From positions 32,001 through 96,000 of the forward strand of contig CAVTCR010000065.1 in NCBI GenBank assembly GCA_963733195.1: a stretch of DNA of 64,000 nt, in the 5' to 3' direction. Origin of the DNA: an uncultured delta proteobacterium. Its GTDB lineage: Bacteria; Desulfobacterota; Binatia; Bin18. This document shows positions 53,543 to 64,000 of the stretch, one piece after another. The position numbers were made by a program, and so were the translations under genes. Position 1 is the first letter of the stretch, and each line of letters opens with the position of its first letter. The notes under the pieces are model-generated. The model was not told the DNA's origin and made no database searches. It saw only the letters and a list, made by a program, of their open reading frames with translations.

Positions 53543-54112
53543 ATGAATACCGCACGACGTCGAGCGACGTATGAAGATTTACTGAAAGTCCCTGACATCC
53601 TCATCGCTGAGATTTTTGATGGAGAGTTGGTGACATCTCCACGCCCTGCGTTTCCTCACGCTCGTGCGACCTCTGTCATCAGAGTAGATATTGATCCCTT
53701 TGATCGGCGGTCTGGCGGTCCTGGCGGACCGGGTGGCTGGTGGATTCTCTTTGAGCCCGAGTTGCATCTGGGGGCAGACATCCTTGTTCCCGATCTTGCT
53801 GGTTGGCGCCGAGAGCGTATGCCTGTTCTCGCAGACGAGCCATATAGTAAACTCGCACCAGATTGGGTATGTGAAGTGGTGTCACCTGGTACTGCGCGTA
53901 TCGATCGGGTGCGCAAGATGCCTATCTACGCGCGTGAACGTGTCGGCTATCTCTGGCTGGTTCATCCCGGCTTGCAAACGTTAGAGGTCTATCGCTTAGA
54001 AGGCCAACGGTGGATGGTCGCAAGTTCCCATGTCGGAGCTGAAGGCGCACGCGCGGAGCCATTCGAGGCGATTGAGCTTGACATGAGCCGTTGGTGGCTG
54101 GAAGAAGCCTAA
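53543..54112 (+). CDS. Uma2-family endonuclease
   Basis: AEIFDGEL..PRP, EPELHL..VPDLAGW, APDWVCEVVSP, DRVRKMPIYA. Confidence 0.92.
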   Translation: MNTARRRATYEDLLKVPDILIAEIFDGELVTSPRPAFPHARATSVIRVDIDPFDRRSGGPGGPGGWWILFEPELHLGADILVPDLAGWRRERMPVLADEPYSKLAPDWVCEVVSPGTARIDRVRKMPIYARERVGYLWLVHPGLQTLEVYRLEGQRWMVASSHVGAEGARAEPFEAIELDMSRWWLEEA

Positions 54113-54306
54113 GCCTAATACCCCAATTCTTCGCTCCACATTTCGGTTTCTTGCCAGGCTTCGGCATTGATGAGTAAGAACGGGACCACATTGGATAACC
54201 TAATTCCCAGGATGACCCAGGCCCAATTTCATCAGAGGGAAAAAAGCGCAACGTGTGACTTCGCAAACTATAACGGTTGGGCGAAGTAGGGATACAGCAG
54301 GAAACT

Positions 54307-54801
54307 ATGCAGATCTCACTAATTGACGCGAGAACATCCGCGGTTGACCGCGCGTGGCTGACGAACGTGTATCCATTGTATCTCCACGATTTATCAGAGT
54401 TTGACGAGGAGTATTATCGACTGACCGACCACGGCCTGTGGGAACCTGACTATCTACCTTCTTGGCTCGACGAACAGGATGATTGGCCACTGCTGATTAT
54501 GGCCGACAGGCAACGGATCGGCTTTGCGTTGGTGAACCAGGCCCCAAGTCCCCACCTGACACCGGGCATGGATTACCGGATGAGCGAATTCTTCATTCTT
54601 CGTCGTTATCGCAGGGGTGGCGTTGGAAAACGTGCGGCTTTTGCGGTCTTCGATCGGTTTCCGGGGCAATGGGAGTTGAGTGAGTTACCGCGGAACACAG
54701 GAGCCATCGCTTTCTGGCGGCGGATCATCGCGGAGTACACCGGCGGACACTATACTGAACAGCGCATTAACGGCGCAGTGCAGCAGTGTTTTCACACCTG
54801 A
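54307..54801 (+). CDS. GNAT-family acetyltransferase
   Basis: LYLHDLSEF, SEFFILRRYRRGGVGK, NTGAIAFW. Confidence 0.88.
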   Translation: MQISLIDARTSAVDRAWLTNVYPLYLHDLSEFDEEYYRLTDHGLWEPDYLPSWLDEQDDWPLLIMADRQRIGFALVNQAPSPHLTPGMDYRMSEFFILRRYRRGGVGKRAAFAVFDRFPGQWELSELPRNTGAIAFWRRIIAEYTGGHYTEQRINGAVQQCFHT

Positions 54802-54827
54802 CAATATCCATATTTAAGGAAGTCACC

Positions 54828-56230
54828 ATGCTGAAATTTTCGGGAGGGTTGTGGGGGTTTGCCTTGGTGCTCTTTTGTCTGATGGGTTGGGAGGGACAAG
54901 CGATGGGCCAAGTGAAAGGAACCGCTACGTACCGGGAGCGTATGGCGCTGCCGCCCGATGCGGTGTTTGAAGCTACGCTGGAAGATGTCTCAAAAGCCGA
55001 TGCCCCGGCTGACGTGATTGGCCAAGCCCGCCTCGACCGGCCCGGCAATCCGCCGTTTCGGTTCGAGATTCCCTATGACCCTTCACGTATCAATCCGCGC
55101 CACCGGTACGTAGTGCGGGCTCGTATCCTGGTTAGTGGAAAGCTGTTCTTCACCACCGACCAGAGTTACCCCGTGCTCACCGGGGGGCACGGCAATGAGG
55201 TGGCGCTGCTGTTGCGCCGGGCGGGCTCTTCGGGTCCGGTTGGTAAAGGTGCTGAGCCTTTGGGGACTCTGCCCGCGACCTTTGTCGGTGATCTGCCCTG
55301 TGCCGATTGCTCGGGCATTCGCCATCAACTGGAACTGTTTCCGGACCAGGCTTTCTTCCTGACGAATGACGTACCTTGGCAAGGGCGAGGACGCTCTCTT
55401 CGATGACATCGGCAGCTGGATGGTTGCGAGCGATCAGCGCACCTTGGTGCTCTTCGGCGGCCGAGAGGCACCGCTGAAGTTTGCTATTAAGGATGCCAAT
55501 ACGCTGCGCAAGCTGGACCTGGAGGGACGCGAGATCGCTTCGTCACTTAACTACGACTTGAGAAAGACTCAGGACCTAGCAGCCCCTGGAACCGCGGTTG
55601 CGGATGCGTGGGATGTACAAGTACTTCGCTGATGCCGGGCGGTTTACCGAATGCCTGACCCGTCAGAACTGGCCGGTAGCCCAGGAACAGGACAATGCGG
55701 CGTTGGAGTCCGCCTATGCCAAGGCCCGGCGCCAGCCAGGCGAGGAACTACTCGTGAACGTGGAAGGGCGTGTGGCGCTGCGGCCCAAGATGGAAGGCGC
55801 AGGGCAGCAATCTACGCTGGTGGTCGAGCGGTTCAGTGGCATCTGGCCTGGAGAAACCTGCGGGACGCGCTTCGCCACCGAGCCACTGGAAAACACCTAC
55901 TGGAAACTGACCCGCCTGGGCGATGCAGCCGGTCATGGTGGGCGAGAAGCAACGGGAACCGCATTTCATTCTCAATTCGGAGACTCGGCGCGTCGGTGGC
56001 TCGGGGGGCTGCAACCGGCTGGTGGGCAGCTACGAGTTAAAGGGCGACAAGCTGACCTTCGGCCAGATGGCGGGCACCATGATGGCCTGTCTGGAAGGCG
56101 GCGACACTGAGAAGGCATTCCTGGGGGCGCTGGGGCAAGTGAGCAATGGAAGATCGTGGGACAACACCTCGAGTTGTTTGACGCCGCTGGCACCCTGCTG
56201 GCCCGCTTTGAAGCCCGTCACATGAAGTGA
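54828..56230 (+). CDS. Exported YbaY + NlpE N + NlpE C + META fusion protein, frameshifted
   Basis: GTATYRERMALPP..DVSKADAPA (YbaY); GDLPCADCSGI (NlpE N); GMYKYFADAGRFTEC..LESAY (NlpE C); LENTYWKL, GSGGCNR, TMMAC (META). Confidence 0.85.
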
Positions 56231-56370
56231 TCTAGTCGCCATAGTTTCTGGAGAATCCCTCAGCCGAAATGCTAAGAGTCACTCCTGCCGGGGGCATCGA
56301 CAGGTACCGTCGCTACTACATGAGTCAAAGTAACAAGGCCGACCTGGCCGGTTAGCGTCTTCCTGCGTTC

Positions 56371-59300
56371 TCATGTACGTAGCGCCTCAAGGAGCGCCTT
56401 CGCCTCTTGCAGATCGGTCGTATCAAACCCTTCGGTGAACCAGCCATAGATTTCTGCCAGAAGTTCTCTGGCTTTTTTCTCTTTCCTTGTTGCTGCCATA
56501 ACCGACTCAGGCTCATCGCTGCCCGTAACTCTAACGATTTTGCGTCTTGCTGGCGAGCAATCTCGATCGCTTTGTGAAAACACGCTTCGGCCTCCGCCTG
56601 CGCGGAACGATGAACGATGAATGATGAGGGATGAATAGGGGAAGCTGCTCGTCCCTTTTTCTTGGTTTTCCGTTCATCATTCTGCATTCTGCGTTCTGCG
56701 TTCAGAAGTAGCTCACCCTTGAGGCGGTACACCTCTGCTGCCCAAAAGGCAGTGGCACTCGTCTCAGTCGTGTGCAACGCTTCCGCTATTGTGGCCAGCC
56801 CCTCCTCGACGCGATCCACTTGCTGATAGGCGTCCGCCAGAGAAGAGAGATGTAGGGGAAACAAGTGCAATATCTCAGCTCTACGATACTGCGCTACCAT
56901 TTCCGCAAGCAGGGAGATCCCTCCTTCAGGCTCTCCACGCCGCACTCGGATACAGGCGAGAAGAATATCTCCCGCCCTGATAAACTCCACGACGCCGTCT
57001 TCACGCGCTAAACTCGCACCTTCCTCAGCAAACCGCTCTGCGTCATTGACTTCACCGCACCAGAGGTGAACCCGCGCCGCATGAATAACGGCTAGGATGA
57101 GCGAGAAGCGATGATCCAGCTCCCTGGCCTGGTGACACGCTTGGTGCGCACGGGCGCGCGCTTGATCAGGCCATCCTGCCAACCACAAGCTCCAGCACGA
57201 GACGGCACCAGCCGTCACCGCTGGATCTATACCAAAGCGTATCACGAGCTCTTGGTGCCACTGGGGATTGTACAGTTCCAACACCCGGGCATGATACTCT
57301 AGGGCTTGTCTCAATGCTCCGCGCGCCATGCTGCTTGTACCCAGATGGGTGTGCAGTTGAATCGCTAACATAGGCTCCTGGATACGTCCCAGCAGACGAA
57401 GTTCTTCACCCATGAGCTGCTCGATGGCTTCGCGGTCCGCCCGTCGATCGTAAAAGCGGCCCAGGCCCACCAGCACGGACACCAACGTCGCGTCGTCGTT
57501 GAGCGCCTGACAGAGTTCGCGGGCACGCGCGAGATTCTGTACTAACTCGTCCGTCCCAAAACCTCGGCTTGCGGTGAGGGTCGCAGAGAGAATCATGCGT
57601 AGCGCCAGCTCCTGCCGCTGACGCTCGGGTGTGTCGGGCAATCGCTCCAGCAGGGCGAGCCCTTCGAGACAATGGTCGGTCGCTTGCTGATAGGCACTGC
57701 GTCGGAGTGCACTCTCTGCGGCCTGGCCATGATACTGCGCTGCCCGCCGGTAATCCCGCCCCTCGGTGAAATGGGCTGCCAATTCACTGGCACTCTCCGC
57801 TGCCCGCGCCCCATAATGTTCCTCTTTCCACTCCCCCAACTGCCGGTGCAACCGTATCCGCTGCCCCTGCCCCAGCTGCTCATACACCACCTGCTGATAC
57901 AAAGCATGCCGAAACTCGTACCGCACCGTCACTATCCCCTCTACCTCCTCAGCAAGCCCGACCTCCGTAATGAGCTGTTCCTGGCTGGGCTAAGCGGTCA
58001 TACCCCGCTTCCACTTCTTCGAGGGGCCGTTCCAGCACGCCCGCCATCTCGGCCGCCGTGAACGTCATCCCGCCCACACTCGCCACTCTTATAGCTGTTG
58101 CTCGTCCCCCGCTAAGCGCTCGAGCTGCCGCAGAATCACTTTCTGCAGTTGGTGGGCACGAGCCGTTTGAGGGTGCTGCGGTCCGCTGTATCTTTACCTG
58201 CCGTCACCTTCACTGAGTACCTCCTGCTGCAGCAGCGCGTCCACAAAACTCACCAGAATAAGGCATTGCCTGGTCGGCGGTAGAGCAGCTGGCTGAGCTC
58301 TGTGAGCGCGGCACTCCGACCAAAGCGCTGCACCAGATACTCCTCCGCTTCTGCTTCGGTGAAAGGGTCGAGCCCTAGTTCCTCACATTGCCGCCGTCCA
58401 GCTAGTTCCTGCACGACCTGCCGCAACGGATGTACTCTCACCACCACGTCTGCGGACCGATACGTTCCCAAAATGTACACCTGCACCGACCGCCGTCGCT
58501 GCGCCAAATACTCTATGGCCGCCAGGGTGGCGCCATCACTCCACTGTAAGTCCTCTAGGACCAGCACCAGGACGGAGTCAGCGGCGAGTGCCTCCACCGC
58601 CTCGGCGAATTCTCGTAACATGCGCTCCTGCCCGCTGCTCTGTACCTGACGCTGTACCGCTTCCTGCTCATCCGCTGGCAACAGGCCAGCGAACTGCACC
58701 AGCCATAGCGGTGCATAGCGGCGCAGCACGGCCAGGATCTCCTCACCATGCGGCCCCTTACACAACTGCCCTAACGCCTCCAGCAGCGGTAAATAGGCTT
58801 CGCCCGGCCCATAGTGTTCAATACATTGCCCGCGGCCAATCCGCACCTGTCCGTCTCCCCGTACTTGATCAAGCAAGCGATCGACCAAGGTGGTCTTGCC
58901 GATCCCGGGCTCGCCGAAGAGGAACACCGTCTGGCGCTCGCCTCGTCGCACACGTTCGAATAACTCACGCAACCGGGCCAGTTCCCGCTCGCGGCCCACA
59001 AAATAAGTTGTCCGTTGCCCGTTCGCAGTTCGCAGTTGTTGAGAGGGAGAGTGCGGCGGTGGGCTACTGGCGACTGGGTACTGACTATTGACTTCTGGCT
59101 GGGTAGTCGTGAGCGAGGCGATGAAGCGATACCCCTGTCTGCCCACTGTCTCGATAAACCGTGGGACAATTGGGTCCTCCTCCAACGCTTGCCGCAACTC
59201 CCGCACACAGACTCTGAGGACCGTCTTGGTGACGTAGATGTCAGGCCATATGCGTTTGAGCAACTCCTTGCTGGTAATGATCTGGCCCGGCCGCTCGGCA

Positions 59301-59449
59301 AGGTAGCGCAAGACGGTTAAGGGCCGCGGCCGCACGGCCATCAAACGGTCTCCCTGCCACAGCCGCTGGGTTCCTTCTACGCGAAAGGGCCCGAAGTACA
59401 GGTCAGCCGCAGTCTGCGTCTGGGTCGGCAGTTGTCTCCTCTGCGCCAT
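56371..59449 (-). CDS. Winged-helix + STAND-type ATPase + TPR regulator; several indels at ~57930-58260 and near the 3' end
   Basis: w[20 protein letters not shown]; [26 protein letters not shown]; FRHALYQ; [25 protein letters not shown]. Confidence 0.88.
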
Positions 59450-59625
59450 CACGACTTTCTTCTTGTCCTCCTTTGCCCCTTCCTGTGTACCCAATCTGAA
59501 CCGAAATCTGAACGATAACCCGAACTATAGCTACTACTCCTGAACCATAGCCAGACATAAAGTATCCGCCAGGAAAGGGCAACTCTTGCGTGCGGCGATG
59601 AAGCAACAGGGATGAAGGCAGGACT

Positions 59626-59652
59626 GCTGGCACGCGGTAACCGCGTGCCAGC
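59626..59652. other. Perfect 12-bp stem hairpin
   Basis: gctggcacgcgg-taa-ccgcgtgccagc, no U tract. Confidence 0.6.
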
Positions 59653-60043
59653 GACTTATGGCGCTCGAAACTGACAACGGAGGAGAAACCGTGAACGACA
59701 GGAGATTGTCTCAAGCGAGGCCAAAGGCGGTTCGGCGGTCTCGAGCGGAGGGAAGACCATTATGACCATAGCCGAACTCATATCCTTATGCCGCTTGGAG
59801 GAGACGCCAGCACGGTGAGATCGCCGGTGGAGTAACAGTGGAGCGATGAAGAGGCCCTGGCAGGGCAGTACACCATCAAGAGAAAGAGGAGTCTAAGATG
59901 TCGAAAAGAGATCCCCCTACGAACACGCTGCACACGGTCACAATCGCCTGCAACGGGACAACCCGTTCGTGCTGAGTCCTGAGCCCAGTCGAAGGATCGA
60001 AGCACGAACGACTGAGAACAACTAAAATTAAAAGGAGACTCCT

Positions 60044-61558
60044 ATGGCAGAGCAAACACAAAAGAAGCCGAACATTCTCGTTATCTGGGGCGATGACATC
60101 GGCGTCCACAACATCAGCGCCTACAACCACGGCGTCATGGGTTACCGCACGCCCAACATCGATCGCATCGCAAGGAGGGCGCGCTCTTCACCGACGCCTA
60201 CGCGCAGCAGAGCTGCACCGCCGGCCGGGCGTCGTTCATCCTCGGGCAGCACCCGTTCCGAACCGGACTTCTCACCATTGGGATGCCGGGATCGGAGCAC
60301 GGGATCCCGGACTGGTCGCCGACCATCGCCGACCTGCTCAAGGAGCAGGGCTATGTCTGCGGCCAGTTCGGCAAGAACCACCTCGGCGACCGTGACAAAC
60401 ACCTGCCGACCGCGCACGGCTTCGACGAGTTCTTCGGCAATCTCTATCACCTCAATGCCGAGGAAGAACCCGAGACCTACTACTACCCGAAGAATCCCGA
60501 GTTCAAGAAGAAGTACGGGCCGCGCGGCGTGCTCCACTCATTTGCTGGCGGCAAGATCGAAGATACCGGCCCGCTCACGACGAAGCGCATGGAGACAATC
60601 GACGACGAGATCCACGGCGCCGCCAAGTCCTTCATCGATCGCTCGGTCAAAGATGGCAAGCCGTTCTTCGTGTGGTTCAACACGACGCGCATGCACGTCT
60701 GGACCCACCTGAAGAAAGAGACCTATGGCCGTACCGGCGTCGGCATCTACGCCGACGGCATGTGCGAGCTCGACGACAAGGTCGGCGCTCTGCTCAAGCA
60801 GCTCGATGACCTGAAGATCGCCGACAACACCATCGTGGTGTTCTCGACCGACAACGGCGCCGAGACATTTTCCTGGCCCGATGGCGGGACGACTCCTTTC
60901 CACGGCGAGAAGGGCACCACCTGGGAAGGAGGTTTCCGCGTGCCGCTGGTCGTGCGCTGGCCGGGCGTCATCAAGCCCGGCACGATCTACAACGACATCA
61001 TCTCGCAGGAAGACTGGATGCCAACGCTGCTCGCGGCGGCAGGCGAGCCGGACATCGTCGAGAAATTGAAGAAGGGGTACAAGGCCAACGGGAAGACCTT
61101 CAAGATTCACGCCGACGGCTACAACTTCCTGCCCTATTTCAAAGGAGAGGTGAAGACGGGGCCACGCCAGGAGATCTACTACTTTAGTCAGGGCGGGGAG
61201 TTGAACGCCATTCGCGTCCTAAACTGGAAGATTCATTTCGCCACCCAGGTCGGCAACATCGCGACCGGGACGCGCTCGACACCTGGCTGGCCGCTGCTCG
61301 TCAACCTGCGCGCAGACCCCTACGAGAAGGGTCCCGAACGAGGCGGACCTTGGGGTACCTCCGTTGGTACGGGGACAACCTGTGGACCTTTGTTCCCGCC
61401 CAGGAGTACATCAAGAAATTCCTGGCGACCATCCCGACTACCCATTCCAGGAAGGCAGCAGCCTGAACGCCGCGGGAATCAACTACCAGACCTTGAAGGC
61501 GGGCGCGGCCCTGAAACGCCTGCACGAACTCGAGACGCTCTCGCTTCCGGCAGCCTGA
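60044..61558 (+). CDS. Cys-type arylsulfatase family protein, frameshifted
   Basis: [23 protein letters not shown] (CxAxR), [39 protein letters not shown]. Confidence 0.92.
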
Positions 61559-61724
61559 GCGATTCTGTGTACAGAGGCGGACGTACTCGGCGTGGGTCTC
61601 CTGATCCCGCCGAAAACGCCGACCGTAGGTCTCTGGTGCACCCAGTGGAACGGTCAAGAGACCGAGCTGCAGGTCATCAGGCAGCGGCGGTACATGGTTC
61701 CGTCGCTGCCCCAAGGAGCACAAC

Positions 61725-62597
61725 GTGGAAAATCTCCCGGCTTATGTCAAACTCCTCTCCTTCCTCTTCATCATCATTTATATGATCTCGGTCATGTTAG
61801 AGACGACCCGCAGGGACCTGATCGAAACGCTCGGGGATTGGAGCCTGACGGGCCGGGCGCTGGTGGCCAACGTCGTGCTGGTCCCACTGCTCGGCCTTGG
61901 CCTGGCACAACTGTTCGAGTTGCGCCCGGAAGTGCGCCTCGGCTTCCTCTTGCTCGCCCTCACCCCGGGGGGGCCCTTTGCCCTGCAATTCGCCCGTGTC
62001 TCCAAAGGCAATCGTGTCCTTGCCGTAGCACTCTTAATTCTCCTGTCCATCGTCGCTGTTTTATTTACGCCGACGCTCTCCGAGTGGCTCTTTCCCCCGG
62101 GAACAGGTAGGGTGCCGTTCGTGTGGCTGCTCATGCTGTTGCTAGTGCTGATTATCGCGCCGCTGCTAGTGGGGCGGGCGCTGCAGCGACTCATGCCCGA
62201 GATTGCGCCAAAACTCGGCCGCTTCCTAGGCACGTTGTCGATCGTGATCTTCATCATCGGGGCAGTGAGTACCGGGAGGTACAAAACGCCGGCCGTCAAG
62301 TCAATGGGCGTGGAGGGGCTCGTGGCGATTATCGCCTTGACCGCCGGCGCATGGATTATCGGCTGGCTGCTGGGTGGGCCGGAGATCAGAAATCGCAAGG
62401 TGTTCGCGATCAGCACGAGTATGCGGAACGTCGGAGTGTGTTTCCCGATCGCGGTCAACTACTTTCCCGGCACGGAGGTCGTTGCCCCCATCCTGGCCTT
62501 CAGTGGTATTTCGATCCCGATGAATATGCTATTCGCGCTCATCACGGGCCGTACGTTGCGTGACCCGGAGGCAAGCGCCAGACCGGTCAAGGCGTGA
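61725..62597 (+). CDS. Bile acid:sodium symporter (BASS) family transporter
   Basis: ALVANVVLVPL, TPGGPF..KGN, TSMRNVG; multiple TM segments. Confidence 0.85.
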   Translation: MENLPAYVKLLSFLFIIIYMISVMLETTRRDLIETLGDWSLTGRALVANVVLVPLLGLGLAQLFELRPEVRLGFLLLALTPGGPFALQFARVSKGNRVLAVALLILLSIVAVLFTPTLSEWLFPPGTGRVPFVWLLMLLLVLIIAPLLVGRALQRLMPEIAPKLGRFLGTLSIVIFIIGAVSTGRYKTPAVKSMGVEGLVAIIALTAGAWIIGWLLGGPEIRNRKVFAISTSMRNVGVCFPIAVNYFPGTEVVAPILAFSGISIPMNMLFALITGRTLRDPEASARPVKA

Positions 62598-62662
62598 ATT
62601 CAAGAGTCGTCAGGATAAACAAAAAGAAGATAAAAGGCGCAGCGGTACGGGAGGAGACACTG

Positions 62663-63112
62663 ATGGGAGAGCCAGGAGCGCAGACCGGTGAAGCCACCGT
62701 CACTGCGATCACGAGGTGGGTGGAACACGCCGCGACGGGGATCGAGTTACTCGCCGTCGTGATCATCGTGGCGGTGATCCTCACAGCGACCGTCCTGTAT
62801 GTGTCCCAGGTCCTGGCCCAGCAGGCGGACGTACTCACCTACAAGAACTACCGTCAGCAGGTCGCACGCGCCTTGCTCCTGGGGCTGGAAATCCTGGTGG
62901 CCGCCGATGTCATCCGCACCGTCGCTCTGGAGCCGACATTACAGAACGTGCTTGTCCTGGGTCTACTGGTGCTGATCCGCACTTTCTTGGGATGGTCACT
63001 CGTGGTTGAGATTGAGGAACGCTGGCCTTGGCAGCCGTTACGAGTGGAAACAGAAGGTAGTCACGCTGGCAGCAAAGGGGCACGCGAGGCTCGCAGTGAA
63101 GAGCGCGGGTGA
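62663..63112 (+). CDS. DUF1622 membrane protein
   Basis: RALLLGLEILVAADVIRTV..PTL..VLIRTFLGWSL..WPW. Confidence 0.88.
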   Translation: MGEPGAQTGEATVTAITRWVEHAATGIELLAVVIIVAVILTATVLYVSQVLAQQADVLTYKNYRQQVARALLLGLEILVAADVIRTVALEPTLQNVLVLGLLVLIRTFLGWSLVVEIEERWPWQPLRVETEGSHAGSKGAREARSEERG

Positions 63113-63342
63113 AGGCGGCAGTCGAGAGAACAAGAACAACAGTTTGAGTGAAAGTGGCTTCATCTGTAAAAGTCAAGACTTGATCTGACAAAGTGTGAGA
63201 TTTCTCTTCGTTGTCAGGTTGATCACAGTGTCCGCTCGACTACGCCGCTTCGCAGCGTAGAGGGTGCTTCAGAAGCGCACAATTTTGGCATAGAGACACT
63301 AGTAGGAAATGACTTACTCGCCGTGCAGCCCCGGCGACAAAG

Positions 63343-64000
63343 ATGGCACCAGGTATGAGAATGTTTCTTGGTCATTGTCCTGATAAGCGTGCTGACAACG
63401 GCTTGCCGCTTAACTGGCGTCCAACCCCTTGTTGCCGCTCACCGTCGAGCAACAGTCGCTTCCCCCCGCATCACCATCGTCAGTTGGAACGTTCACAAAC
63501 AGCGCGACACGCGCCTGCAAGCGGATCTCCACGCCCTCCTTCGTCAGCAGCGTCCAGCGTTGGTGTTTCTCCAGGAAGCTACGGCGGCGTTGCTAGACTC
63601 AACGCCTATGCCTGGCCACTTCGCTCCCAGTTGGCAATACCCATTGCTTGATGGGTCTGCGTCTGGGGTGCTGACCTTCTCGCAGGTCGCTCCGACCCGG
63701 AACGAGGTGATACCGACGCGCTGGCGGGAACTCTTTCTCGCCACGCCCAAGGTGGCCTTGGCCACGGAGTATCTCCTGCCCGATGGCGCCCGGTTGCTGA
63801 CTGTCAACGTGCATTGCCTGAATTTCGAGCGTTGGGGGACGTTGAAGTTCCGCTCGCAGCTCACTGCGCTCCAGGGGCTGATGGCCAAGCATACGGGCCC
63901 GATTCTTCTGGTCGGGGATTTCAACACCTGGAATCAGCGGCGGCTGCGGCTCGTGACGGCCCTGGCGCGGGACCTCCAGCTGATGGAAGTGAGAGGGTTT
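63343..64000 (+). CDS. Endonuclease/exonuclease/phosphatase family protein (YafD-like), partial; 5' frame uncertain
   Basis: Manual translation: ITIVSWNVHK, LVFLQEA, SGVLTFS, TPKVAL, VNVHCLNF, LLVGDFNTWN. Confidence 0.85.

Noticed and set aside
59660-59980. Short ORFs with RBS-like sequences before the sulfatase gene
   Set aside because: Short, interrupted and without any motif support

Overview
Bacterial chromosomal window. Gene content suggests a deltaproteobacteria-like, possibly Binatia/Binatota organism (inference). Many genes, including housekeeping ones, carry single-base frameshifts, so most breaks are probably assembly indels. Left to right: partial PQQ alcohol dehydrogenase; argG-argH-lipoprotein-dapF-dapA-dapB; a ~7.3 kb island (IS66 remnants, katG, Uma2, two XRE HTH genes) bounded by a duplicated 3' end of an enoyl-CoA hydratase gene; a GAF sigma54 activator; a small-subunit/phaC/GNAT cluster; an HTH-PTS IIA gene heading a Ni-less Ehr (hyfBCEFGI-like) operon that ends in a sensor-less sigma54 activator. 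Next is the best candidate for an undescribed system (31.4-38.9 kb): two predicted sigma54 promoters with phased TGCC-N5-GGCA palindromes, upstream of degenerate versions of familiar folds (TM-less CorA, two pseudo histidine kinases, an eroded ACT-malic enzyme), three paralogous Trp-motif microproteins, a pentapeptide-repeat protein and an FlgZ-like zinc-ribbon protein. The rest holds aat, crcB, rubrerythrin-DUF3501-Fur/PerR, transporters, acoABX, a YbaY-NlpE-META fusion, a wHTH-ATPase-TPR regulator, an arylsulfatase cluster and a partial EEP gene. There are many REP-like and 7/8-mer tandem-repeat elements. No rRNA, tRNA or CRISPR array was recognised.
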